Below are positions 41,610-62,054 of a stretch of 64,000 nt of DNA, piece by piece. The stretch comes from the human T2T-CHM13v2.0 reference genome, Homo sapiens. The stretch lies in the NCBI RefSeq assembly GCF_009914755.1, contig NC_060938.1; one strand, given 5' to 3'. The translations under genes and the position numbers were made by a program. Positions within the stretch are counted from its first letter, which is position 1; the number at the start of each line of letters is the position of its first letter. The notes under the pieces are model-generated. The model was not told the DNA's origin. It saw only the letters and a program-made list of their open reading frames with translations, and made no database searches.

Positions 41610-41668
<59 letters not shown>

Positions 41669-41765
41669 TATGTATATATACATACATATATATATGTATA
41701 TATACACACATATATATGTATATATACATACATATATATATGTATATATACATATATATATATAC
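41588..41765. repeat. (TA)n/(TATG)n microsatellite
   Basis: Direct observation. Confidence 0.98.
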
Positions 41766-41766
41766 A

Positions 41767-42702
41767 GGCACCTACATAAGTGGTATGATTTAAGCATGAC
41801 AATAATGAGATAGGAATCATACTATTATTCCATTTTTACAGGTGAAGAAATCAAGGTCTACAAAAGAAATCAAATCATATGTCCAAATTCATATGGGCTT
41901 TGATTTTTGAACTTTCAAATTTTTGTCTTTGCTTAATACCTTTTGTTTTAAAATAATTTGACTCATAAGAAGTTAAAAAAAGAAGTAAAATGAATGACCA
42001 TGCTATTTTCAGGCAACTTTCCCCAATGATTATATCTAACTTAACCTAGTACGTTGCCAAAATCAGGAAATGGACATTGTTTCCATACCATTAACTCAGG
42101 TTCAGACCCTATTTATATTTCTAAGGATTTTACATGTACAGATGTGTTTGAATGTATGTGTGATGTGTGTATATAGATCTATGAAGTGTGGATTTATGTA
42201 ACCATTACCATAATCTGGATGCAGAACTGCTCTATCACCACAAACAAAGTACATGTTTTCACATTAACCCTCACTAATCACATCTTCCAACCAACCCTAA
42301 CCCTTGGCAGCTACTGTTCTGTTCTCCAGCACTGGGATTATGCTATGTAATTCAGGTATTTTTGAAACCAAGCTTATGAGGTTGCTAAATAAATAATAAT
42401 GTTTATAAACTATTATTTTCAGTCTTTATAAATGGCATACTGTAGCACATATTCCAATGTGCTATACATGTATAGGTGAGCCAAAGTTTGAACATGGATC
42501 TAAGTGCACAAACATAAAAAATATTGTACACTTTTATCATAATATCTCTATTTGTAATCTTTTTCCCCAAATACTAGTAGTAGTGATGTTTGCTTTCTCT
42601 TATTTAAACTATCAGAATCTTTAAACTTTCTCTTATTTAAACTATAGTCATTACTAATTGAAAGTATGTTTGAATACTGCCTGATTCCACTTACACAAGA
42701 TA
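41767..42702 (-). repeat. Inverted duplication, right arm
   Basis: Reverse complement of 39564-40477; carries a small internal duplication of ctttctcttatttaaactat. Confidence 0.95.
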
Positions 42703-43070
42703 GATATATATAGCAGTCATATCTATGTGTGTGTATATATTTATATATATGTCAGTCATATATATGTGTGTGTGTATATATTTATATATATATGTCAGTC
42801 ATATATGTGTGTATATATTTATATATATCACATACACACATATATAGACGGAGTTAGGTCTATGATCTCTGTATATATTTATATACACACATGTGTATTT
42901 TTAAACTATTACATGAAGCAAATAGTACAGTTGATTTCATATAACAAGAGTAATAACTCTTGTTATGGATGTATATGGGCATGTATATGGATGTATGGGA
43001 TGTATGGGCATGTATATGTATGCATGGGATGTATATGGATGTATATGGGCAAAAGTTAATGCATATGGGC
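42703..43070. repeat. TA/TG microsatellite and (GTATATGGAT/GTATATGGGCAT)n repeat
   Basis: Direct observation. Confidence 0.9.
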
Positions 43071-43089
43071 AAATAAATTGATGAACTTA

Positions 43090-43308
43090 CAGACTCATTT
43101 ATTTGACATATATTTATTGTGTGGTCTCTATTGAATGCAGGGTATCTTCCAGGAGCCTAAAATTCAGCAGTGAACGTAATAGGCTCAAATCCTTGTACTC
43201 AAGTAGCTAATATTCTAATCGAGGGAGAAGACAATAAACAAAGTTAATAAGCAAAATATTCAACATACTAGTTGATAGGAAGTTCTGTGGTGAAAAATAA
43301 AGTAAGAG
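43090..43308. mobile_element. L2 fragment (further pieces at ~48630-48920, 49570-49860, 51480-51780)
   Basis: cattt atttgacatatatttattg... L2-type terminus; host element for later insertions. Confidence 0.6.
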
Positions 43309-48628
<5,320 letters not shown>

Positions 48629-48934
48629 AAAAGCAAGGAAGAAGAATGGGGTTGATAGGATGTATATTTAAAATAGATTATCCAGGAACAACTGCACTGT
48701 GTTATATATATGTGTGATAATATATGTATAATTATATATCACTATATATAATAACTGTATCTTTATATCTGGTGCAGGTGAGTAAATAACCCATGCAAAT
48801 ATCTGGGGGAGGAATAGTCCAGGCACTACAGGAATATCAAAAAGGCCAATATGACACAAGCAGAGTAATGACAGAGTGATATGGAGTGAGGAGCAGATGA
48901 AATAATAAGAAAAGTAGGCAGGTTGTTTTGAGGG

Positions 48935-49090
48935 GTATGCTTCTCAGATTCTAATTTGCATATAAATCACCTAGGTTTCACATTAAAATAAAGATTCTGA
49001 TTCAGGTGGTCTGGAGAGTTTATATTTCTTACAAGTTTCAGGGGATGCTGGTGCTACTGGTCTGTGTATCACACTTTGAATACCAAAGGA
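48935..49090. mobile_element. MER5-like DNA transposon
   Basis: aatcacctagg...agattctgattcagg...gatgctggtgctactggtc...cacactttga. Confidence 0.7.
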
Positions 49091-49132
49091 CTGGAGATGT
49101 GTGCATGGTAAGGAGCTTTGGGATGTGAGTAC

Positions 49133-49569
49133 TGTGGGTTGAATTATGTCTTCCCCAAAAAGATGTTCAAATCCCAACTCTCAGTACTTGTAAATATGAC
49201 ATTACTTGGAAATAAAATCTTGCCTAGTCAGTCAAGTTAAGTGGATTCAGATGGGCCCTTATCAAATGACTAGTGTGCTTGTAAGAACGTGGATATTTAG
49301 AAAAACACATAGTGGATAAAGTATGTGAAGATGAAGGAAGAGATTGGAGTCATGTAACTACAAGCCAAAGAATGCCAAGGATTGATGGCAACTGTGAGAA
49401 GCTAAGAAAAGACAAGGAAGGATCCTCCCCTGGAGCCTTCAGAGACCATGACCCTGATGACACCTTACTTTCAACTCCTAGCCTCCAGAACTGTGAGAGG
49501 ATAAATTTCTGTACTTTTAACCTACTCAGTTGGTGGTAATTTGTTACAGTAGCCTGAGGAAACTAATAC
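49133..49569 (+). mobile_element. MLT1 (MaLR) solo LTR
   Basis: tgtgggttgaattatgtc...gcctccagaactgtgagaggataaatttctg...ggaaactaatac. Confidence 0.85.
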
Positions 49570-49870
49570 CTTGAGTGGGATGGAGAGTGAAGTCATTGGA
49601 GGGTTTTAACAGAAGAATGGCTCCGTCTGACATATTCTTAAAGAATCATCCTAATTGCAGAAACTAGAATAGACTGAAGGCAAGGGGCTACAGGGAAGTA
49701 GGAAGACCAGTTAGGCGGCTATAGCAGTAAACCTAACTGGAGAGTGGAGAGATGGTGGTTTGAATCAGGGTGGTAGTGATGGTGGTGAGACAGGAACAGA
49801 ATCTGAAGATGTTTTGAATTACTATTGATAAAATTTGTTAACATAGTATGAGCTATAAAAAAATGAGGGT

Positions 49871-50162
49871 GGCTGGGAGTCGTAGCTTAGTCCTGTAATC
49901 ACTGCACTTTGGGAGGCTGAGATGGGTGGATTACCTGAGGTCAGGAGTTTGAAACCAGCCTGGCCAACATGGTGAAACCCCGTCTCTATTAAAAATACAA
50001 ACATTAGCCGGGCATGTTGGCGGGTGCCTGTAATCCCAGCTCCTCAGGAAGCTGAGGCAAGGGAATCACTTGAACCCAGGAGGTGGTGGTTGCAGTGAGC
50101 CAAGATCATGCCATTGCACTCCAACCTGGATGACGAGAGTGAAACTCCATGTCAAAAAAAAA
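49871..50162 (+). mobile_element. AluS-like
   Basis: Full dimeric Alu. Confidence 0.95.
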
Positions 50163-51477
50163 CGTAGAATGATTTATAATACTTTGGGTAGAAACCTAGT
50201 AATGGGATTGCTGGGTCAAATGGTATTTCTGGTTCTAGAACCTTGAGAAATCGCCACACTGCCTTCCACAATAGTTGAACTAACTTACACTCCCATCAAC
50301 AGTGTAAAAGCATTCCTATTTCTCCATATCCTCTCCAGTGTCTATTGTTTCCTGACTTTTTAGTGGTCGTCATTCTAACTGGCGTGGGATGGTATCTCAC
50401 TGTGGTTTTGATTTGCATTTCTCTAATGACCAGTGATGTGGGAGATCGGTCAGGGTGGTGGGAGAAGCTATAAGGAAAGACGCAAGCCTTCTTGAAAGGT
50501 TGGAAGGTCTTGCAAAAGCTTCATGAGAGAATAAAGGTGAAGGAAGAAAATTCTCTTTCTCTGAGGCTAAGGGTGAGAAGTAGGTGCAAGGAAAAGTAAA
50601 GAAGTTTATCTAAATAGGCTTGTTTACTTATGTCATCAGGAAACTGACTTTTGAACTTCTGAGCATGAGACTGCTCCCTGTAAGAGGGAGCAAAAATGTT
50701 AATTACCCAGCAATTGTGTTGACTCCAGGCCTTGGACGTTATACCAGTACTGAATAAATACAAGCAGCTCTGTCTTATTGAGACTGCTAACTCTCCTCTG
50801 CCCCTAGTGCTCGCAGCCTCCTAGCCTGCTCTTACCCTGTATATTTGTGTCTGAGTACTCCTTTCTTCTGTTGCTCAGCCAGGGTCTGCGGGATGGACCC
50901 GGCACAGTGATGATGAGCTTTTTTTCATATGTTTGTTGGCCGCATAAATTTCTTCTTTTGAGAAGTGTCTGCTCATATCCTTTGTCCATTTTTTGATGGG
51001 GTTGGCACATGCACATGTATGTTTCCTGCAGCATTATTCACAATAGCAAAGACTTGGAACCAACCCAAATGCCCATCAATGATAGCCTGGATAAAGAAAA
51101 TGTGGCACATATATACCATGGAATATTATGCAGCCATAAAAAAGAATGTGTTCATGTCCTTTGCAGGGACATAGATAAAGCTGGAAACCATCATTCTCAG
51201 CAAACTAACACAGGAACAGAAAACCAAACACTGCATATTCTCACTCATAAGTGGGAGTTGAACAATAAGAACACATGGATACAGGGAGGGGAATATTACA
51301 CACAAGGGCCTGTCAGGGGGTGGGGGGTAAGGGAGGGATAGCATTAGCAGAAATACCTAATGTAGATGACAGGTTGATAGGTGCAGCAAACCACCATGAC
51401 ACATGTATACCTATGTAACAAACCTGCATGTTCTGCACCTGTATCACAGAACTTAAAGTATAATTAAAAAAAAAAAT
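50163..51477 (+). mobile_element. L1PA7/8-like 3' end with 5' inversion (twin priming), split by an LTR
   Basis: Antisense ORF2 at 50163-51004, then sense ORF2 end/3'UTR at 51005-51477 with A-tail. Confidence 0.9.
50437..50904 (+). mobile_element. Solo LTR22-like (HERV-K HML-5)
   Basis: tgtgggagatcggtcagggtggtgggag...ggacccggca; 6-bp TSD CAGTGA (50431-50436 / 50905-50910). Confidence 0.8.
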
Positions 51478-52987
51478 AGGGCTGCCAAGGGTATAAACAG
51501 GGTGTTTTGTGGCTTAATAACTGTATAACTATAAGGATGGAGTCTATTACCTCCTGATATGAGGAACATGATGAGAGAAGGTGAGAATGGTGAAGATGCT
51601 GGGTAAGTGGGGAGAATAGTAGAAGGAGATTAAGAGCTCTTTTTGAGGTATGTTCACTTTGAGATGCCTATTTTGCCTGCAAGTGGAGATAGTAATTAGG
51701 CTACTTGGCATAAGTCTGGAATCCAGAGCATAGGTCTCCACTGGAGATTTATCTGATATGAGTTATTAAGAGAAATTATGATGTTTGGCAAGCATGTCCT
51801 TAAGTTGTGAGATTAACATCAAGAAGGATAATCATGCACTTCTAAAACATGGTGTTCAGTGTCACTTATTTGAAAACATACTGGGCCATTATTTGACCTG
51901 TGACAGTTCTGACATTCATTCTAAGACTACCAGATATGAAAGTCAGGAGACTGATTATTTTCTTTTTTGGTGCTTTTCTCACTCTAAACTTCAACTTTCC
52001 ATATCATTAAAGCCACTAAGGTAAACAATTAGCCTAAGAGGTATATTCATTATTTTTTTGCTGCCTTTAAATTTGATGCCTCATTGTAAAAAATATGACC
52101 TCACTTGTATTTGTGTGGATGATATTTTAAAAGATCATACTGGGCAGAGAATATGGACAATTTCATTATTTAATACTTTAGACTAATGCCAATCATTCAA
52201 ACATGAATTCTTCATGCATCTGTCTTGTCAAAGAAACAGAGCTCATATTGCGTATGTGAAATATCACCTAGTGTCTATTTCAATCGTATATATTTTCTGT
52301 TTGTATCTTAGAAAAATTATTTCACCTCAACAAGCATATTGCTTGTTGGAATTATCTGGATGTAGTGATAAAATAATTATTTTCATCAACATCTGAAGAA
52401 AATGCCTATGTATCTGTTGGGATGGGAGGTGGGATGGAGAGGTGTGCAGTTGTCTAGCACCACTTGTGGCTGGGAAGGTATGTGTGTCCACAGTAACAGA
52501 AAAAATCTATTGTTACCACAAAGATTCCCCATAGCTCCTTTAAAAATAAACCTGCCATCTTGATCTCCATCTGCCTGAATCTTTGCTTATCTCTCCCTTA
52601 GTTCAAAATTCTGACAGAGAATATAAGCATATTTATCAATCCTTCAAGCCCCAGTAGAAACATCAGGGGGAGAAAACTTACCTATTTTGAAATGGTTGAC
52701 CAATTCTCAGTGACAAAGGTAGTTACAGTCTGATTTTCTTGTCCATTGCCAAGAAAAAATGATTCAGTCTGACTCCAATTTATAAGGGCATGTTGAAAGC
52801 AAGAATCCTGCTTGTAGAGATTCTTCTTCTAGGCATGAGGAATGGTTATTCCAGGTAATGGATTCCTAATTTGCCCTTCTGTGGAACTAGATTTGCATGA
52901 CAGATGACAGAATATTTGTCACCTTAAGATTCTTGAAAAATTAATTTAAAGCCATGCTATTTCTAATTGTTTTGGCTTATGCTCTGA

Positions 52988-53297
<310 letters not shown>

Positions 53298-53470
53298 CTG
53301 AAGTTTTTCTAAGGCTGCCAAAATTGTGGTCACCAACATAATAGGTACCATTTATCCATTATCCAGTGTAAAATATGTATAATATGTTATATAATATAAA
53401 ACAATATATCTGCTGGTGCATATAGCTTTATTATCATATAAGCTATATGAAAGCAGAAATATGCATTTAA

Positions 53471-53795
<325 letters not shown>

Positions 53796-56700
53796 TGCTT
53801 TTAGCTCTTACAATCGAGGGTAAAACTACTTATAAGGGTGGATTGCAATATGCATATATTTGAAGAAACCTGATACACATTGCTTCATTTTTTCATACAG
53901 CCTTAAGCAGATTATTAAATTTACCTTTTTATTTGAGTACTAACACTTTTCCTACATAGTTAGAGAGAGTTGTTTGCTCAGTTAATGCAGCAAAGGGATG
54001 AGGGTAAGAATGTGTGACAGTTAGCTCATTCTAATTTGCTCATTGATTGTTGGACATATTCCCTCAATTACTTGACCTCAGCTCCTATATTGGGGCTTAC
54101 ATTAGGTGAACACCCAGGGTCTCAGGGCTCCATGTGGGTGTTTGAAATCACTTGTCTAGATATATAAAAGAGAACAGGATATACTCACCACTTGCTTGGA
54201 CACATTTTACTGCCTAAACGGTTCATTTACACTGGCCAGTGATGCATTACTTCTTGCCCCTAAGCGTTTCTCAATCTGTGTTTTGTATCTAAAATACGCC
54301 TTTTTCTCCATAATCTTTTAAGTTATCTTTTTTTGCTAGCATTGCTTATAAAATCTCATTTTCTCCAAGAAATCTCTCTTGAAGCTTAGAAAAACAAAAC
54401 TGGGGTAATATTTTCTAGGTAAATAGGCACAATTCTATAATTCTATATTCCATGATTTGTATTAAATATAATATAAATATCGATACATAGTCTTTGTCTT
54501 TCAGAATAGGTATGTTATGTTCATATGTGTCAGGTTGGATCAGTATTTAAATTTTACTACTGAGATAAACAAAGAGTTATTAGCAATTTTTAAAAGTTGC
54601 TGTACAATTTGTCATATTTCATTGTGCTTCTTAATGACAAATATGTCCAAGATTATATTGGGAGATGCCATTTTCTGTACTTTATCCCCAGATTTAGGAG
54701 TGATACTTAGTACAGCTTTCAGAATTTCAAGAAATAGTAGCACTACTTTTAACTAGACTAAAGTATTTTGTTTTTCTTTTGTATAACTTTCTGGACATTT
54801 GTAAATTCACAGGATGTCTTCCTCAAATCACAAAATGCCTATCTTCTAATTCAATTGGGAGGTCAGATACCAGTTTAATTCTGGAGCCATATGAATATTG
54901 CCTGAGTTAGTGTTATAGCTGAATATCATGCAAATGTGGAAGAAGTCTATTGAATCAATGTCATTTTATACATGGAAATAAGCAAACAGTTGTAAATAAT
55001 ATGGAATATTAAAAATCTTTCTAGTAAACCAATGTTTATGCTTTTCAATTGTCTTGCTAAAGAAACATAGCTTCTTTAGCAAGATGTAATATACCATGAT
55101 GGAAAATATTGTGCTGTAAATAAAGAAAATAACAAATTTTGGGTCTCAGCTTAGGTTATCAGTTACCTAGTCTTAAACAAATGATATATCACCAGTGAAA
55201 TTTAGCTTTTAGACATCAGTAAAGTAAGAAAATAAGCCTTGTTTACCATGAAATTTGATGCAAAAATTAGGTAATATTTAACTGGACTTATAAAGGACTT
55301 CTTTTTTCAAGAAACAATAAGAAAATGACCTGAAATAGTATAAGTTTTTATTCATAAGTAAAATTATTGCTAATTCACTTTACAATAATCTACTTTTATT
55401 AATGGTGATCCTTGCATATTAAGACTTACAATCCTATTAATAATTGCTCACCTACAAATGACATTTGTCAAGGGATCAAAGTCTTCATGTACCACATAAA
55501 ATATTATTATAACAAAGTAAACCAGCTGTATGCCTTTGATCACTACATCAATATCTAGATCTTTTAGCTTCTATTTCTGTTCCATTCTGCCAGCCAAGGG
55601 TCTTTATAAAAATACAAAGGAAAAGGAACAGCTAGTAACACATTTGATGTGCCACTCTGCTGGACTTCAGAATGCTTAATATCATCTTGTTTAATTTCAT
55701 GTTTCAAAAAGCTTCTCAATGGCAGGATCAATTACTTTCAATCTCCACATCAATCAGTCTAGATGGTTCCATGATTTGCTAAGGATAGCTGCAAACTGAA
55801 CTTTGTGAACCCACGATGCATATTGTGTTAATCCTTGATATGGAAGGATCCTTCCACAGAATAAGCGGAGCTGAAAAAGGTGTGCTTACTTTCACAAACT
55901 GAATGTTATTTAAGGAATAAAAGGTATTCTTTAAAGTGTTAAATCTAGATGAACACTGAAAAATACAGTCTTCAGAAAAATCAAGTGATTTCACTTCTGT
56001 ATTCATTGCTGAAATGAGAACATCATTTCATTTCTAATTCTAATTTGAATTTTGATTTAAGGTTAAAAACACTTTAGGATTGTTTCATATTGCAGAATAA
56101 TCTGTAACTTGTTCTGTAAACACTAGTTGCTAGGCTAAAACAGTGAGTTATATTTCTTTGTGTATGATACTATTCCTTTATTGTCAATTTTTCCTGAACT
56201 CACCAGTAGAATATATTTTAATTTGAATAATTTAAGAAGCAATGTCACCAATATGGATAGAACAATAATTTCACTTTTTTTACTAATTTAATTAAGAAGG
56301 TAATTTTTAGCAATATCCATTTCTATTTGGTTGTGTTTTTATCTATTTCAATTATTTTCTATATTGGAAGTAATCATGAATTTTAATTTTCATACAGCCC
56401 TCTTATCTTTTACTTAAAAAATTTAATGTTTAATGAATTTGGAGGGAGGGCCAACCTTCATTCTTACATTTATTTATACATTCAATGGGAAAGCAGTACT
56501 ATTCTCCTGAATGTTCAAACAAGCAATGGAAATTTGCAAGAGAGAAATAATTTAAAATTTTCATCACATTGTATTGAAATTTCTTCTTTGTTTCCGTTTT
56601 TTCACCAGATCTTGAGCTCTTGAAGATGCATTGTCCATAGATGGTCTTCATTAATTTAAGCAATGTTTTCAGGGCAGTTATTCTGTGAATATGCCTGTAG

Positions 56701-57524
56701 GATTTAACTGGTCTTTGAATTATGGATATTATTTGGAGAGCTGGGGAGGAGAGTGAAGGACACTATATAGGTAGGCAAACATCTTGAAATTTTGAAACAT
56801 TGTGTAATTATTTTACACATAACTGCCTGGACATGACCAACAGGTATAAGAATAGAATCTGTTGGTTGCTAAAACTATACATTTTTAGTTAATGTCCAAC
56901 ATGTACCAATAGATGCCACTGAAGATCTTCTATGAAGTTCCTCCTAAGAGTCATAACTGGTGAACACAGTTCATCCATGGGGAATACAGACTATAACTTA
57001 CTAATGGATTTAGGAAGGAATCTACCTAGCATTTTTGGGAAAATGTGAATAAATCAACCTGATCAATGTGGTGGGTTCCTCTAGAAAACAGAAAAACAGG
57101 GTTAGGCTAAGTAATGTGGAGATTTGAGAAGATAGATCTGGGGTGATAGAATATTAGATATAACAAAGGCAGTCTCTTCAACTTTACCAAGTTTTTCTTG
57201 TCATTTGTGCTGGTGTCTACCAAATTGTATGTGACTGCTTGCTTTCAGTATGGCAAATGCATCTTCAGAAACATTATAATTAAGATAACTTTTCCAATAG
57301 AGTGCAAAATGTGCATCTCTAGAAAGGTTTACTCAGAGAACTCTGGCAATACAATGCCACATACATGCAGCGTTATGATCTTTAGTTTGATTTCTCCTTC
57401 CCTTGACCCTGAATAGGACTCTACAGTCAAGGAAGTTGAATGGAGAGGGAATTTGAGAAGTCAGGCTGTGTTTGTTAAAAGGGTTTTATGATGTCTTCTC
57501 TTTGAGTAAATATACTGGCTATTG

Positions 57525-57745
57525 TATCTTTCTTTCTTCCTTCCTTCCTTCCTTTATTGTATCTTCCTTCCTTCCTTCCCTCCTTCTTTCCCTGTTTCCT
57601 CCCTCCCTCCCTTACAGCCTTCCTTCTTTCCTTCCTTCTTTCCTTCCTTCTTTCCTTCCTCCCTCCCTTCCTTCCTTCCTTCCTTCCTTCCTTCCTTCCT
57701 TCCTTCCTTCTCTCTCTCCTTCCTTAACTCCCTTCTTTCCTTCCA
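57525..57745. repeat. (CCTT)n polypyrimidine microsatellite
   Basis: Direct observation. Confidence 0.97.
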
Positions 57746-58019
57746 TCCAGAATTATTTTTGAGAAACGCTGTGATGTGTCAGTTGGTAGCACATTCTCTG
57801 GAGCTGGTTGCTTGGATTAAAATCATAACCCTTCCTCCTATTAGCTATGTGACCTTGAACAAGCTACTAGGCTATAAATTAGGACTAATAATGGCATCAA
57901 TATGATCCTGCTATAGATTGAATTGTATGAGTTAATGTATGTGAAGCATTTTTATATGGTAAGAATTGGATAAAATACAGTTACTATTTTATTTATTGAA
58001 CACTTAGCATATTTTAGCT

Positions 58020-58820
58020 TTTTATTTTGAAAAGATCATAGATCCATAGGGAGTTTCAAATACAGAGAGGTCTCGTGTACTATTCTACACAGTTTATTTC
58101 AAGAGTTACATCTCGTATAATTTAGTACAATATCAAGACCAGGCATTGACATTTATACAATGTGAATTCATAGGTCTATGCCTATTTTATCACGTGTTGA
58201 TTAATGTGACCATTATTACAATTAAGTTACAGAACTCTTCCATCACTAAAAGTGTCTTCCTCACATTTTATAGCCATATTCATCTCACATTCCCATACCA
58301 TCACTAACCTCTGGAAATCACTAATCTGTTTTCTATATGTATGTTATTTTATTAAAGTTATATACATGAAATAATATGCCATGTGTCCTTTTGATATTTG
58401 CTTTTTTTCACTAAGCATAATGCCCTTCAGATCTATGCAAGTTATTGCATGTGTCAAAAGTATATACTTTTTAATTTCTGGGTAGTATTTAATCATATAG
58501 ATATAACACAGTTTATTCAACCATTCACCTCTCCAACATCTTGGATGTTTCCAGTTTTTCTCTGTTAGCATTAAAGGTGCTATGAAAGATATTAAAGATC
58601 GCATATAGGTTTTCATTTCTCTTAGATAAATTTCCAGGTGTGCAATTGCTGGATCTTATTATAAATATATGTTTAGTTTTTAAAGAAACTGATAAATTAT
58701 TTCCAGAGTATTATAACATTTTACAATTCAAATAATGTATGAATGATACAGTTTCTTCATCATTGCCAGCTTTTGTTGTCACTATTTTTATGTTTAGTTG
58801 TTTTAATAGGTGTGTAGTTA
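58020..58820 (-). mobile_element. L1MB/MC 3' fragment
   Basis: Antisense old L1 3'UTR/ORF2 end (KNWKHPRC...WLNKLCYIY remnant). Confidence 0.75.
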
Positions 58821-60639
58821 CCTAGTATTTTGATAAGAGCTGAGGATACAAATTTGAGTTGATCAAGAAATCAAACAAATAGAAAACAATCATTAAAGAT
58901 TACAATAAAAATAAACAAAGTGAGGAGACTGCTAGTAACCAGGGAAGGAACTTTAATTAAGGTATTTCAGAAAACTTCTTAGCCGAGATTTCAAAGAACA
59001 ATGATCTAATTTTACAAAAAGCCACAGAAAGCTTATTTTAGAAAGAAAGAGAAACAAGCACAAAATTCTAGAGGCAGAAAAAGGGTTGGCATACACAAAG
59101 ACTGTGGAAATAATTAAGAATGTTTTGGGTGTGATAAGAAAAGAAGGGAAGTGTATGACATGTGGTTGGAGAGGTAGGTAGAAAACATCAAGCCAGGATC
59201 TATGGTCATTAAAAAGAAGTTGGAAATTTTTCTTTATATTAGCAGAGGAAAGCCAAACAAGGAGTTAAAGCAGAAAGTAGGGAATGAAGAGTCAAGATCT
59301 TGTGTGCTTTAAAAAAAAAAAAGCCACTCAGACTACTGTGAAAATAGAGCATTTAGGGAGGAGATGACAAGTGGGGAGGCAGATTTGCAATGCATTGTGG
59401 TATTCTGACAGAGAGATGGGTGTGGCTTTGAGAAGTGTTCAAGGAAGAAATGGAAATCTTGGAAATGGAGAGTCATGGGGAAAAAAAGAACCTAGGTCGA
59501 CCTCTAGGTTTTGGGCATGAGTCATACAGGCACATTGTAGTACCATTTATTGAGATGAGAAAAGCTGTTGAAGGAATTTTGTTTTGCTTTGTTTCAGTGT
59601 GAACACGTGCAGCAGTCAGCTTGATTTCAGACATACTAAATTTGAGTTTTCTGTTAGATATGCAGGAGATTTCAAATAGGAGATTGGATATATTGGCTAA
59701 AATATTGCATCTGCAAGTCTCTTTTTTCAACTGATCTTAGATGGACGGATAAATAAGATAAACCAGTTGAAGTCCAGTGGAAAAATATTCCATTAAAATA
59801 AGACTTATTTGGGCTTCTATTATGATATTTTGCCCTTTCTTATCTCTGTGACTAGAGTGAATAATAATAATCAGAGATGCAGTTTTCTCACCTGTGCAAT
59901 GTTAATATCTATTAGACATGCATAGTGTGGAAAATTAGGTAAATTCATTCATACAAAGTAACTCTGACATTGAAGGTTCTAAAATTAACAACATTTGGAA
60001 TTTTAATCTTCCATCTAGTTTTACCATTTGGAGTATATAAGGAAACCTAGAAAGAAACCTTATATCCACTTGTCTATCCTATAAAGTTTGCACATTATAG
60101 GGTATAATCTCAGGGCATAAATACAACTTTTTATAATTCCTATAGAGGGATACTCATAGGCCAATATTACTGATCTTGAAAAGTGGGGTATTGAGGTATT
60201 TTACTTGGTTGTAAGCCATCAACGTGTTTTACAAATGTGATATTATGTTTTGATATTAGTAAAAAAAAGAAGCTTCAAAATGTCCTCTCTTTCTTTGAAT
60301 GCAATCACAATCATTTCCTTTTTGAATTTTAAATATAAGTAACCTAAAACTTAATAACTTGCTCACAAGTCTAGAAGCAGACAAAATATCACCCACAAAC
60401 CTGATTTATAATACTACGTTAAACTTAAACTGACTTAAGGTTTTAGACATTCATAAACATCTTTTAACCTATTCCCCTTTTGCATGGATATGTAAATATA
60501 TACTCCAGGAGATATAATTTTTGTAGTTATTGTAGTGCTTTTGTAATGAAGAACTAAGTCTATTTTCATAGTGATAGAGAATTCAGTTGAGTTCTTTTGA
60601 CCCTGGATGGATTTGTCTAGTTTTTAAGGTACTACTTAA

Positions 60640-62054
<1,415 letters not shown>

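Noticed and set aside
41572-43072. YI-repeat ORFs (and the PSFL-repeat ORFs at 57472-57905)
   Set aside because: Translations of microsatellites.
51865-52020. Additional candidate fossil exons here and at ~60158-60290 and ~62147-62365
   Set aside because: Plausible splice signals but ambiguous frame or mutated donors; not counted without a homolog alignment.
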